From Eledone cirrhosa (Eukaryota), in contig OZ024740.1 of NCBI GenBank assembly GCA_964016885.1, positions 29,016,001 through 29,080,000 on the forward strand: a stretch of 64,000 nt of DNA. The letters are read 5' to 3'. The notes beneath the pieces were generated by a model. It made no database searches. It was not told the DNA's origin and saw only the letters and a list, made by a program, of their open reading frames with translations. Position numbers and translations under genes: made by a program. This document shows positions 1 to 11,890 of this stretch, piece by piece (the stretch's first letter is position 1; each line of letters opens with the position of its first letter).

Positions 1-2070
1 TGCCGGTAGCCGATGCCTTCGCTTCCTCGATTGAGAGCGCCCTGGTCTCCAATCGAGCCAGTGACTGCGAGCGGCTGTTCTATTTCGCCCCACTCGCCTT
101 CGGCCTCCCCAGCTCTGGCGCTGACCGGGGCGGCCAGTCAACAGCAACCATCGTCAAGGCCAATCTCTCGTCATTTGGGCGAGCGCCCATTCCAAGCGTA
201 CCCAGGGATTCCACACACCCCACCCTCAGGTACCCTCTATCCTCCACCCCCGAGGCCAGCGCCAAGCGTTTGAGTGACCAGGTAAACGCAAAGCTTATCA
301 TGGGTGATGTCTCGGCCGCACGCAGTCAGAGTTGTTGCCTCAGAGGACACTGTCCTCCAACCCACCGAGGAGATCTTGGCTGTTCTGCGGCTCAAACACC
401 CTGAACCACCCACTGATCTCAGACCCATACCCCCACCCGACCCCCACCTGATCCTTGTGGCTACTGATGCAGATATCATGTCCGCCATCAGGTCCTTCCC
501 ATCTAGCAGCTGCGGAGGTGTTGATGGTCTCCGACCAGGCCACCTCAAGGAGTTGACATCCCCCCTCTCCGCTGAGGCCGGGCGCCGCCTTCTGAGTGCA
601 TTTGTGGCGCTCACCAATAGGCTCATTCATGGTGCCCTCGACCCTTACGCCCGAGGCCTCTTTTTTTCGGCTAGCCTCACCGCTCCCAGGAAGAAAGAGG
701 GTGGCATACGGCCCATTGCTGTGGGCAATGTCTTCCGGAGGCTGGCTGCCAAGGTGATCTGCAAGTCCGTCACACACGAACTGGATGAGGAGTTTAGTCC
801 GGTGCAACTGGGTGTCGGCGTGTCCGGTGGCTGTGAGGGAGCCTCTCATGCAATTAGGCAGTTCTTCAGCATCTGCCCATCGGTACCGGCATCCAGGGAC
901 TCCAGGCACCTCATTGTCAAGCTTGACATAAGGAATGCCTTTAACTCTTTACGCCGGGATCATCTGCTCGAGGCCTGCCTCAGCCGAGCCCCTTCTGCCT
1001 ACCCGCTGGCCTACCTGTCATATGGAGCCCCGAGCATGCTCCTGGCTGCTGATACGGTCATACCCTCGGCTACTGGGGTCCAACAGAGCGACCCTTTGGG
1101 ACCCCTCCTGTTCGCCCTTGGTATTGACCACATCGCCCGGAGTATCACGGCCCCTCTCAACGTTTTGTATCTGATGATGCTACGTTGGGCGGGCCCGTAC
1201 GAACGCTCTGCCAAGACCTTCAATCGGTGATCCCTGCCCTGGCGGGAATCGGCCTCCAGGTCAAGTCGGCCAAGTCGGAGGTGGTGAACGTCAGCCTCGA
1301 TGCTGAGAGACTTGCAGCCTCCGTCTTCGACGTGCGGTCCATTCTCCTCCAGTTTCAGGTGACCCCCAAAGAGGATGTCCTCATCCTCGGGTCACCGATC
1401 CACCCGCCGGCCACCGCTCCACCATTAGGTCCAGGCTTCAACTTCTCCAGACTCTAACGAGCCGACTGGGCTTGATTGACGTCCCCCCCAGCTCTCTTTC
1501 TGCTGAGGAACTGCTTTGCCATGCCGAAGCTCCTCTATACACTCCGCAGCGCTCCATGCTACACCCAGACATCTCTCCTCGCTGACCTCCATACGTGTAT
1601 CCGAGAATCAGCCGAGGGGATATGCAACGTCAAGTTTGACGACATAGGGTGGCAACAGGCCACTTTACCGGTCAGGTATGGCGGCCTAGGCCTCCGGTCC
1701 CCGATCTCACTAGCTTTTCTGGCGTAACTTTCGTCAGTAACCTCGTGCCGCGTCCTCGTCAACAGGGTTCTTCAAAACACAACAGAACCCTCTGTGTTCA
1801 GAGAACGTGAGGCCGCCTATGAGACGTGGGACCGGCTGTGCCTTAGCCCAGTAGACATCCCTCCTCCTTCGCCGCCTGTTGACGTCAAGTCCCCCAAAGC
1901 ACTTGGGATGCCATCCAGTGCAGCCTGGCCTCAGAAAGGCTCACGCGCCAGCTCGACCAGCACCGCCTTGCTTGTTTTCGTGCGGCCTCCAAACCCCACA
2001 GTGGTGCCTGGCTCCATGCTCTGCCCTCCTTCTCCACTGGCACGCAGCTAGACAACCTTGAACCGGCCCT
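1..2070 (+). mobile_element. Degenerate CRE-clade-like non-LTR retrotransposon (RT region, frameshifted), 5' end outside window
   Basis: ORF 304-1230 has GGIRPIAVGNVFRRLAAK, QLGVGVSGGCE, KLDIRNAFNSL, GVQQSDPLGPLLF; frameshift at the Y-L-D-D motif (~1170); continues in 1185-1457 (LGSPI) and 1476-1727 (WQQATLPVRYGGLGLRS); SGAWLHALP-like motif ~2000. Confidence 0.8.
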
Positions 2071-2382
2071 CCGCCATGCCCACATAGGACTTGACCTCCT
2101 GTGGTTCGTTTGGTCGGTTGGAAGTGACCACAGCTTCATAGATTACAGCTGGTGTGTTGCATTGCTGTTGAAGGGGGCAAGCATCAGGCTTACGGCAAGA
2201 GCACCCTGGTGGGGGGTTGCTCCTAGGGCTGCTGGTGATGTGGGCCTTTATGTTCTTAGCTTCAATTATGTTCGAAGCTACAATCTCTAGCTAAGCGGGA
2301 GGCGTTCCTCACCCTGAAAGATCACAAAGTAGACTTTACTTCTAACCCCACATGTAGACTAATAAACCCGGCACGCACAGAT

Positions 2383-2930
2383 ATGGGACTAGTCAGTAAG
2401 GCCATACTTAGAAACATACGTTCGTCCACGAAACTCGCGAGCCACGTATGGTCCCTCAAGGACTCAAGTATAGGCTACTCCATTCAATGGAAAGCTATCA
2501 CTAAGTCCAAGCCATACGCAAGGGGAAATCCGACGTGTGGCTTATGTATTGACGAACGAATAACTATCCTAAAGAGATTACGCAATAGTAATTGCCTAAA
2601 CACGAGAAGTGAATTTTTCACACGTTGTCCACACGTCACCAAACATCTATTGCATAACTGCAAGGCTCCGGAATGATTCTTTGTAATTTTATTTTTAATT
2701 TTATTTTAATTTTATTTTCAACCTAAAACTTTTCGGACTTTCGCAGTTATCTCCCTTACACCTCTCGAACGTAGTCTAGTATTGCCTGTGTGAAGTGACC
2801 GGGTTTCTGCGCATGCGCTTTCGTACGGTTGTCCTTCCTGTTCCTATAGCCATGCACATCCCGAGCTGAAGATCCGCTAAGGTGAAACAATTGTTCTCGG
2901 TATGGTGAACTAACTGTTGAACCACTTATA
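2383..2930 (+). mobile_element. Penelope-like element 3' fragment (GIY-YIG C-terminal region, 3' region and hammerhead-bearing terminus)
   Basis: ORF 2383-2676 STKLASHVWSLK..IQWK..KPY..CGLCIDE..LNTRSE resembles PLE endonuclease C-termini; followed by hammerhead at 2861-2900 and (TA)n. Confidence 0.7.
2861..2900 (+). ncRNA. Minimal type I hammerhead ribozyme (family A)
   Basis: ccgag-CTGAAGA-tccgctaaggt-GAAA-caattg-TT-ctcgg: stem I ccgag/ctcgg, palindromic stem III ACAATTGT. Confidence 0.8.
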
Positions 2931-3555
2931 CACATATATATATATATATATAACGAAGGAAATGTGGTAAGTACATCCATGTACTTTTTACTCCCCTTAT
3001 TCGGACTCTTACTCGCGTGCACCCTTAGCACACGACACAGGATTGCCCCCCCCCCCGGAACATAAATACTGCAACCTGAACTATATTGTAATTCTCCTAT
3101 GTCTTGATCTCTCCATCTTACTCCAACACCACTCTTGTTGGTTTATTTACATGTTTATACCTATATATTGATATGTTTATATATTTATACCTCTGCTGTA
3201 CCAATGTGCTCTTCCACGTATTCCACTTCTATGTATCCATGTATTTCTACTCCTCACATTGGGACCTGTACCCATTAGCACACGACACTAGAATGTCTCC
3301 TCCTGAGAACAAAAATTAAACATTACACGACTATATCCCGTACTCTACATCCCACTAGGATAAATTACAGATCTACATAACACAATTAAGGTTTCTTCAT
3401 AAAAGACTCTATTTAATTAAACCCCGCAACCCAAAACCTCATAGAAATCATTTGAATGTTTAATCTTCAATTTTCTGTTTGTTCAATTCTCAATCTTCTT
3501 ACTCCTTAGTTTTATAATGTTATTCTGAATTCTTTCAACTTCATCCGATAGAGTT

Positions 3556-4566
3556 AAGCAAAATTCTAAAGTTCCAACTTTCTGTCGGACCGTTGGGTGG
3601 GTTTTAGCGGCGGCGCGACCAGCTCCCTGGCGAACGAGCTCACCTGGAGTGCTTGGAAAAATAAATTTCCCCTTCTTTCGGTAAATGAAAATACTCGACG
3701 TGGCTTAGTTCGCCATGAGGCCCGGGGCGCGGCCGGTGTTTTAACCGCCAAATAGTATCTTTAAATTACAGAACAAATCGGAACTATTAGATATATCAAC
3801 CTGAAACTGTTGAGCTTTAAATTTTCTAACCTCTTTAATATGGAATATTGATTATTAATTTTTTAACTTCATCCTATAAGTCTAAACATTGTAACACACT
3901 GACCCCCAATATATTCACCTCTGCTAAGATGCGGGTCCCTGTGAAAATTTTGTCGCGCCACTCCTGGCCCGACTGTGGTGTGACATTAATATCGACCTTC
4001 CTTCCTCTCTCTTTCTATCTTCCTTCTTGTAGCTATCAACCATTACTCTTTTACTTCTCTAAGCAAAATTTTAAAGTTCCAACTTTCTGTCGGACTGTTG
4101 GGTGGGTTTTAATGGCGGCGCGACCAGCTCCCTGGCGAACGAGCTCACCTGCAGTGCTTGGAAAAATAAATTTCCCCCTCTTTCAGTAAATGAAAATACT
4201 CGGCGTAGCTTAATTCGCCATGGGGCCCGGGGCGCGGCCGGTGTTTTAACCGCCACATAGTACCTTTAAATTACAGAACAAATCGGAACTATTATATAAT
4301 TAAATGTTAAACTGTTGAACTTTAAATTTTCTAACCTCTTTAATATTGAATATTGATTATTAATTTTTTTAACTTCATCCTAGAAGTCTAAACACTGTAA
4401 CACACTGACTCCCAATATATTCACCTCTGCTAAGATGCGGGTCCCTGTGTACATTTTCTCGCGCCACTCCTGGCTTGACTGTGGTCTGACAATAATATCG
4501 ACCTTTCTTGCTCTTTCTTTCTATCTTCCTTCTTGTAGCCATCAACCCTTACTTTTCTACTTCTCT
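3556..4566. repeat. Tandem duplication, ~505-bp unit x2
   Basis: aagcaaaatt.taaagttccaactttctgtcgga starts at 3556 and 4061; units colinear with scattered mismatches. Confidence 0.9.
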
Positions 4567-4959
4567 CTTCCCTTCTTTCTCTTCTCCCCTCCTCCTGTTT
4601 TCCTCCCGCAGACTTATCTTCCTTCCCCCTCTTGCTTGCCTATATCTGACCGGTAGTAGTTGCCTTTCTTCTTTTAGCTGACATTAACCCTGGCTTCTCT
4701 TCTTCTTTCTTCCCCCTTCTTCTCTCTCCTTCCTTTCTTTCTTTCTTTCTTTCACCTTGTGTCATGAGATCGAAGTTAACTTATGCTCCCATCCCTTTCT
4801 GTTTTCGTTTATCTGACCGGTAGTAGCATACTATAAATTTTAGCCACGTCACTCCAGGGCGACCGGCTGAGGTTGAAGGAACAGAATAGCGGTCGCCCTC
4901 GGGTCCTCGATTTTCAGCCCCATGGATTTTATCTATTACATTCACGTATTATATTTCGA

Positions 4960-5017
4960 ATACCTGATGATATCACCGGATTCATACGGAACCCGGTCAT
5001 TGAAATGATCATAGTAT
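4960..5017 (+). ncRNA. Type I hammerhead ribozyme (family G) within repeat ~4855-5210
   Basis: atac-CTGATGA-tatc accgg..ccggt catt-GAAA-tgatca-TA-gtat; palindromic stem III ATGATCAT; related rearranged copy at 40411-40705. Confidence 0.7.
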
Positions 5018-5211
5018 AATAAACCTTTCAAGGATTTACACAAATCCAGCCTCCTGTCATTTCATCATAATATTTAACTCCGTAATAGCACCACCAACTA
5101 CAAAAACAAAGACGGTTGAACTGCTTTACGTTGAGTACTCTCTATATTATTGCATTACGATTGACCATACGGAATAGACCAGCTCTATACAGTGGTGAAC
5201 CTCAAACCTGA

Positions 5212-5249
<38 letters not shown>

Positions 5250-5269
5250 GATAGCTGATATTTTTCAGC

Positions 5270-5735
5270 CAGTATTGGCCGAAGCCATGTCTAACTTACT
5301 AGCATCACCTGGCAAAGATTTCCAATCATGATTTGGACACCATAGACCACACAAGTTGAGAGATATTATTTTCTGAGTCATTTCCTGATGTATTGGGATT
5401 ATCTGAGATTTCTTGGAATAATTTCTCCGAAGACATTTTGAATTTAATGGGATCTGTTTCTGTTTTTAAGTGTTTTGGTGAGAGAGCGGGACCAGTTGCG
5501 GTGAAATAATTGTGTGTAATGTTGTTATGAAATGCGAATTTGAATTTCGTTGTGGGCGGATAGCAGAAGGCGCAAGGCTACGGTGTATTTTAAAGAAGAG
5601 GCCAACATCATTTGGGCAAAGCTGATGGAATATTTTCCACATCATACAGATGATGTAGCACTCACGGCGGCGTTGGAAGAGTTGACCCATATAGTCAAGG
5701 CCTCTCATGCCGCTATCCTTTTTTGTGATTGACCT
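5270..5735 (-). mobile_element. CR1/L2/Jockey-group LINE 3' fragment, degenerate
   Basis: Minus-strand LDY..QRRRECYIICMMWKIFHQLCPNDVGLFFK resembles the LQRRRERY C-terminal motif of this LINE group. Confidence 0.55.
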
Positions 5736-5740
5736 TTGAG

Positions 5741-5877
5741 ATGTTGAAGATCCGCATAAGGTGAAACATTTGTTCTCGGTATGGTGAACTAACTGTTGTG
5801 TAACTACTTCTACTAAACTCGCCCCATGGACTGAGTGCTCTACTACTACGCATATAACTCTCCAGTGTTCTACGATT
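5741..5877 (+). mobile_element. Family A hammerhead-type terminal repeat, degenerate core
   Basis: tgaagatccgcataaggtgaaacatttgttctcggtatggtgaactaactgttg matches 2866-2930, 11325-11460 and 61472-61543. Confidence 0.75.
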
Positions 5878-6181
5878 ATATATATATATATATACATTAT
5901 GTATGTTTCCGAGCTGTGTCGGGAGGTCGCCACAATTAAAAAAAAGTGGTCAATGTGGTAGAGTATAAGAAACTTTATTATATATAGAAATGATTTTATA
6001 CAGGACTAGAACTGTTTCATTCGGGAGAAATTATCAGGAAGCCATATATATATATATGTATATATATGTTTTTTCACAAAAAAGTATTCTGTCTCTTATA
6101 TATTCCATGTGCCATTACCAACCTCAATTTTCTCTATAACCTTCGTTTTGTGTAGTAAATTACACTTTTCATATATACTAA

Positions 6182-6979
6182 CCTACGCAAATCCGGAAAA
6201 TAGCACTGGAACAAGACAACACAACTTCAAACTCCAATATAAATGAGGAAATCCTGAAAATCCTAAAAGAGATAAATGGAAAACTCACCATTCTGACAAA
6301 AAAACAGGATATACCCCAAACCACCACACCGACTGACAACCAAATTTATTTAAACGTTCAAAACGTATGCAACTCCATCGAAAAACTTATGAATACCAAC
6401 ACAGAACAGACGACATTGCTCCATATCAAAAACTTTAAAAGGACGCACCAAACAGATAACCCATTTATAAAGCATTTGAACATAACAAGAACTACAACAG
6501 ACACATTTACACCACCAAACCCAACACACACTAACCACAGGCACATCCCCCACCAACACAAACCAAATACGGCCAACTACACCAAAAGAAATACACCCAA
6601 CCACCACAACACAGGTTTCCGTAGAAATGCCCCCTACATAAACCAACGACGAAATAACATAGATCCAACTCACAACACACACACCACATTCCTCAGAAGA
6701 AATCCACCCAGACCACTTGAAATCACAACAGAACTTACCCACAACCACACCAGACATCACCCTCAATCCAACAAAAGACAACCCCCCAACCTCAACACTC
6801 CTTACCACAGAAATAACGCACCCAGACCACATGAACCAACAACAGAACCCTTGCTCATCAACAACCACAACACATACCACCCCACCATCACATTCACCCT
6901 CATGAAACAACAAGCTACAGACCCACACGCAACAGACCAACAAAATATAATCACACACAAAACTACATTCCTTTTTTAG
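6182..6979 (+). CDS. Upstream ORF (ORF1-like; coiled-coil then N/T/H/R/P-rich) of the Penelope-like element, 5' truncated
   Basis: Frame open from 6182 (PTQIRKIALEQ..EEILKILKEINGKLTIL) through the track ORF 6389-6979; same C/A-rich composition as the downstream RT ORF. Confidence 0.5.
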   Translation, partial: PTQIRKIALEQDNTTSNSNINEEILKILKEINGKLTILTKKQDIPQTTTPTDNQIYLNVQNVCNSIEKLMNTNTEQTTLLHIKNFKRTHQTDNPFIKHLNITRTTTDTFTPPNPTHTNHRHIPHQHKPNTANYTKRNTPNHHNTGFRRNAPYINQRRNNIDPTHNTHTTFLRRNPPRPLEITTELTHNHTRHHPQSNKRQPPNLNTPYHRNNAPRPHEPTTEPLLINNHNTYHPTITFTLMKQQATDPHATDQQNIITHKTTFLF

Positions 6980-7007
6980 GGAAAAGTCTGAAATACCAGG
7001 ATACTCG

Positions 7008-9293
7008 ATGCCCCCCCCCCCCCCCCCTCATGAGAAACCCAAAATAATAAACCTCTCAAAGACACCTCTAACCAACACACAAATCAACATTTTAAGTAAG
7101 GGCCTGAAATTTACACCTACACCACGTAAACCAAACTTCCCCGAAATGAAGGATGACATCATGGAATACTGCCGAAAGCTGCGACTAACGGAATTCTTCC
7201 ACAACGACACCAACACTGAAGACGAATCACTGGTTAGAAATAAAAGCAATTTCTGCTCACAAAAGGGAAGAAATAAAGCACTGGACACGTACTGCGAACA
7301 CATCACCAACTTTCCCTATGAAAAAATTACAAATAAACACACGAAATCAAACCTATCTACACACGAATGGGAAGAATTATTCACACTTAGAAACAACCCT
7401 GAGATAACTATCAAAGAAGCCGATAAAGGCAGTACTGTTGTCATTATGAATACGGACTACTATAGGACCCTCGCACTTAACATTTTAGAAAACAACACAT
7501 ACTATGAAAAAACAGAAAACTACAAACACACCAAAACAATGGGGAACCTTTTGACCTTACTGAATAAATACCGCAACAGCTTAACCACAAAAGAGTTTAA
7601 CTATATAAGCCACTTCAAATGCAATACAAGCTCTTTTTACGGCTTACCGAAACTCCACAAATGTAAACCCATAAACGATGCATGTGACACCTCAACCAAC
7701 AATTACATTGAACTAACACCACCAGAAGACCTAAAACTCAGGCCAATTATAGCAGGCCCTACATGTGAAACCCACAGACTTAGCAACTTTCTGGACATCC
7801 TACTGAAACCCTTTCTACAACATATACAGAGCTACATACGAGATGACCTTGACATGCTGAAACACCTCCCTAAAACAGTAAGTGCAAATACAATTCTTGT
7901 CTCCTTTGACGTAATAAACCTCTACACAAACATACCCCACAACTATGGAATAACAGCAGTCCAATACTGGCTTAACACACACCCATCACAAATACCGACA
8001 CGCATCAACAAAGACTTTATCACTGACGGACTCCGCTTTATCCTACAAAATAACTACTTCACATTCAATGGTTCAACATACAGACAAGTATCAGGTACGG
8101 CAATGGGCACGAAAGTAGCACCCACATATGCCAACCTAGTCATGGGATTCCATGAACAACAAATATACAGTCAGTCCCTTCTCTTATTTGGAGACTCTTT
8201 CCACACACACCTCAAAGCCAATTGGAAAAGATATCTAGACGACTGCTTTATCCTATGGCAAGAAGACATGAACTCACTTACTATGTTTAAAAACATGATA
8301 AACAACATAGATAATAACATACAATTCACAATGGAATCCAATCCCAAGGAATTAGCCTTCTTGGATATTCTCATCTCTGTAATAGACGGGAAATTAGATA
8401 CAGATATATTCTATAAACCCACAGATTCCAAGCAATACCTCTTTTTCACATCAAGTCACCCAAAACATACAAAACTTAACATTCCTTACAATTTGGCCAA
8501 ACGTATATGTACCATAGTATCAGATCCACCTAAACGGGAGCAAAGACTAAAGGAACTAAAAGACACCCTTATCTTAAGAGCCTTTCCACTTGAAATAATC
8601 AACAATGGAATAGACAGGGCAAAACACCTAAATCCCCATCAACTTAACAATCCAAAACAGAAAACCACACTCAACACCCTGCCATATGTATCCACTTTCA
8701 ACCCCAGAAATACCGAAATGTTTGATCACCTACACAAAAACCTCCCCATCCTACTTAAAGATGTAAAAATGAAGTCTATTCTTGAAACACACAAGATCCT
8801 TAAAAGTAAAAGACAACCCAAATCACTTAAACGCATTCTCACTGGACCAAATATACCCAAACCAATCCTCAACCCTACAGTTACCAAATGTGGTAGAACA
8901 AACTGTGGAACGTGCCTCTACCTCACTGAAGGACAAACATTTACATTCAAAGATGGCCAAACATTTACAGTAAAAAACAATTTCACCTGCAACTCGGAGA
9001 ACTTGATTTACGCAATAACTTGCGGTGGGTGCAAACACAACTACATAGGACAGACGGGCACCTCATTACGCAAAAGAATGACCATCCACCGCCAACAAAT
9101 CCGGGACGCTAACACAAGAAAAATCCCCTTGAGCAGCCATATTGCGAACTGCGCAGGAATGACACTACCCAACTTTAAAATCTTCCCCTTCTACAAGTGC
9201 TCAGATTCGTTCACACAGCAACAAAGAATAAACAAAGAAAATCTATTCCTCAACAAATTTAAACCAAAACTAAACGGGTTATCACCCCAATAG
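7008..9293 (+). CDS. Penelope-like retroelement polyprotein: reverse transcriptase + GIY-YIG endonuclease, apparently intact
   Basis: IINLS..LSKGLKFTPTP, IKEADKG, FYGLPKLHK, RPIIAG, SFDVINLYTNIP, GTAMGTKVAPTYANL, RYLDD, FLD, YKPTD, CxxxxCxxC linker, NLIYAITC..C..YIGQT..RKRM..H; no internal stops in 761 aa. Confidence 0.95.
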   Translation: MPPPPPPHEKPKIINLSKTPLTNTQINILSKGLKFTPTPRKPNFPEMKDDIMEYCRKLRLTEFFHNDTNTEDESLVRNKSNFCSQKGRNKALDTYCEHITNFPYEKITNKHTKSNLSTHEWEELFTLRNNPEITIKEADKGSTVVIMNTDYYRTLALNILENNTYYEKTENYKHTKTMGNLLTLLNKYRNSLTTKEFNYISHFKCNTSSFYGLPKLHKCKPINDACDTSTNNYIELTPPEDLKLRPIIAGPTCETHRLSNFLDILLKPFLQHIQSYIRDDLDMLKHLPKTVSANTILVSFDVINLYTNIPHNYGITAVQYWLNTHPSQIPTRINKDFITDGLRFILQNNYFTFNGSTYRQVSGTAMGTKVAPTYANLVMGFHEQQIYSQSLLLFGDSFHTHLKANWKRYLDDCFILWQEDMNSLTMFKNMINNIDNNIQFTMESNPKELAFLDILISVIDGKLDTDIFYKPTDSKQYLFFTSSHPKHTKLNIPYNLAKRICTIVSDPPKREQRLKELKDTLILRAFPLEIINNGIDRAKHLNPHQLNNPKQKTTLNTLPYVSTFNPRNTEMFDHLHKNLPILLKDVKMKSILETHKILKSKRQPKSLKRILTGPNIPKPILNPTVTKCGRTNCGTCLYLTEGQTFTFKDGQTFTVKNNFTCNSENLIYAITCGGCKHNYIGQTGTSLRKRMTIHRQQIRDANTRKIPLSSHIANCAGMTLPNFKIFPFYKCSDSFTQQQRINKENLFLNKFKPKLNGLSPQ

Positions 9294-9614
9294 AATTGTC
9301 ATAAAATATAAACACAAATAAGCACGGAGTGACAGATATATGTGTTTGTATGTGTGCATGTATATAATTATCACTACTATTAAAGACCAGAGACCAATTC
9401 TGTAGAATCAGGTTTATTCGTTGACAGACCATGCCTTTGTGTGACCAACACATCCATGTTAAACCCTGCACGTGCACACACATATATCTATATATATATG
9501 CGCACACAGAATTCATCACTGTCGGTTGCGGGGCCCAATCTACATGAAGAACTCAATGTGATCAGAATGACTTGTATTTTAATTTCACTGCCCTAACTTC
9601 TTATATTATGGAAA

Positions 9615-10078
9615 CAATATATGTGTATGTATGTATATATATATATATTTGGAGGCCATTTCTCTGTGTGGTGTATGTATGTGTATATGTGTATGTGTGT
9701 GTGTGTATGTGTGTGCATGTGGATGTATGTATTGTGTGTGCGTGTGTGTGTGTATGTATGTGTGGGTGTGTGTGTATATATATATATGTATGTATATGTG
9801 TGTATATATGTGTAGGTACACATATATATATATATATGTGTGTGTGTGTATGTATGTGTGTATCTGGATGTATGTGTATGTATATATATGTGTGTGTGTA
9901 TATATATATGTGTGTGTATGTGCATATATGTGTGTGTATGTGTGTATGTATATGTAAGTGTGTGTGTATGTATGTGTGTATATGTATATATATATATGTA
10001 TATGTATATATATGTATATATATATATATATATATATGTATATGTATATATGTATATGTATATATGTATATATATATA
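9615..10078. repeat. (TA)n/(TG)n compound microsatellite
   Basis: Direct reading. Confidence 0.95.
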
Positions 10079-10590
10079 ATTAAGTTAAAAGTGTACATCT
10101 ACATATGTATACGGAAATATTAGTATGCATATAAATACACACATGTATACATATGTACATGTACTGAGTTTTTCACTGGACACTTTACTGTGAGTGTCCA
10201 GCTAGTCTGTATGTAACCAAACAGACAAACCGGGTTTTAGAGTCATACGGGTTTTCAAGGAAACACATTTCCTCTATTCTCCAGAGAGTCCAATATTCCT
10301 GTCTGGCTCTCTGGAGAATAGAGGAAATGTGTTTCCTTGAAAACCCGTATGACTCTAAAACCCGGTTTGTCTGTTTGGTTACATACAGACTAGCTGGACA
10401 CTCACAGTAAAGTGTCCAGTGAAAAACTCAGTACATGTACATATGTATACATGTGTGTATTTATATGCATACTAATATTTGCGTATACATATGTAGATGT
10501 ACACTTTTAACTTAATTGTTTAAGCGTCAGTCATACAAAAGTGAGTTAGAAGCGAAACGAAATTTAATTTCGTTTCGTTATTTGTTTTTA
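10078..10590. mobile_element. Fold-back copy of the 469-bp retrozyme-like family D
   Basis: 10078-10287 is the reverse complement of ~10308-10517; sense arm starts at gtc/caatattcc (10288) and matches the 42310-42605 unit; flanked by (TA)n. Confidence 0.9.
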
Positions 10591-10646
10591 TATATATATA
10601 TATATACATATATACATATATATATGTATATATATATATGTATATG

Positions 10647-10679
<33 letters not shown>

Positions 10680-11040
10680 ATGTGTATGTATATGTATATG
10701 TATGTATGTGTGGATGAAGGTATGTGTGTATATATGTGTAAGTGCACTAAATCGCTTTCTATCAATCTCCCCTCTCCTACCGACCACAGGGAGATATATG
10801 TATGTATACTGCTTCCACCCCCTCACTGACCAGCAGCTGGCCATCTGGCCATTGCTAAATCTGACCTTTATAAAATAACCCACACCCCCAAATAACTTCT
10901 CATTCACTACCAGAAAGGCACACAGCAGTCAACTAGCTGCTACCAAGATGAAAACTACTATGAAATTCCACAATGAATTTTATACTTGAATTTTCAAATC
11001 TCAAATTTTAACTCTTCCTATTATTAATTTTTCTTAATAT

Positions 11041-11231
11041 TAATCAACATTTGAAAAGATGGCTTTTGCGGACCCATCGAAACCGGTCATTTTTTATACC
11101 CTTTATTATTTCCTTACCTTATAAAATTATATGTTTTTTCACAAAAAAGTATTCTGTCTCTTATATATTCCATGTGACATTACCAACCTCAATTTTCTCT
11201 GTAACCTTCGTTTTGTGTAGTAAATTACACT

Positions 11232-11240
<9 letters not shown>
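11041..11240 (+). repeat. PLE-type terminal repeat with degenerate hammerhead; 11133-11240 repeats 6068-6175
   Basis: gatgg..ccatc-GAAA-ccgg-TC with decayed 5' core; gttttttcacaaaaaagtattctgtctc..aattacacttttcat occurs at both sites. Confidence 0.65.
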
Positions 11241-11261
<21 letters not shown>

Positions 11262-11262
<1 letters not shown>

Positions 11263-11460
11263 GAAGTGGTTACACAACAGTTAGTTCACCATACCGAGAA
11301 CAGTTGTTTCACCTTAGCGGATTACGAGCTGAGGTTCCGCTAAGGTGAAACAATTGTTCTCGGTATAGTGAACTAACTGCTGTGTAACCACTTCTTCCTA
11401 ACATTTCCCATGGACTGAGTGCTCTACCACCACATATATTACCTTGCAGTGTTCTACCAC
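11262..11460. mobile_element. Fold-back family A hammerhead element in (TA)n
   Basis: Inverted arms meet at ~11323; sense arm cgag-CTGAGGT-tccgctaaggt-GAAA-caattg-TT-ctcgg (11325-11363). Confidence 0.85.
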
Positions 11461-11469
11461 TATATATAT

Positions 11470-11890
<421 letters not shown>

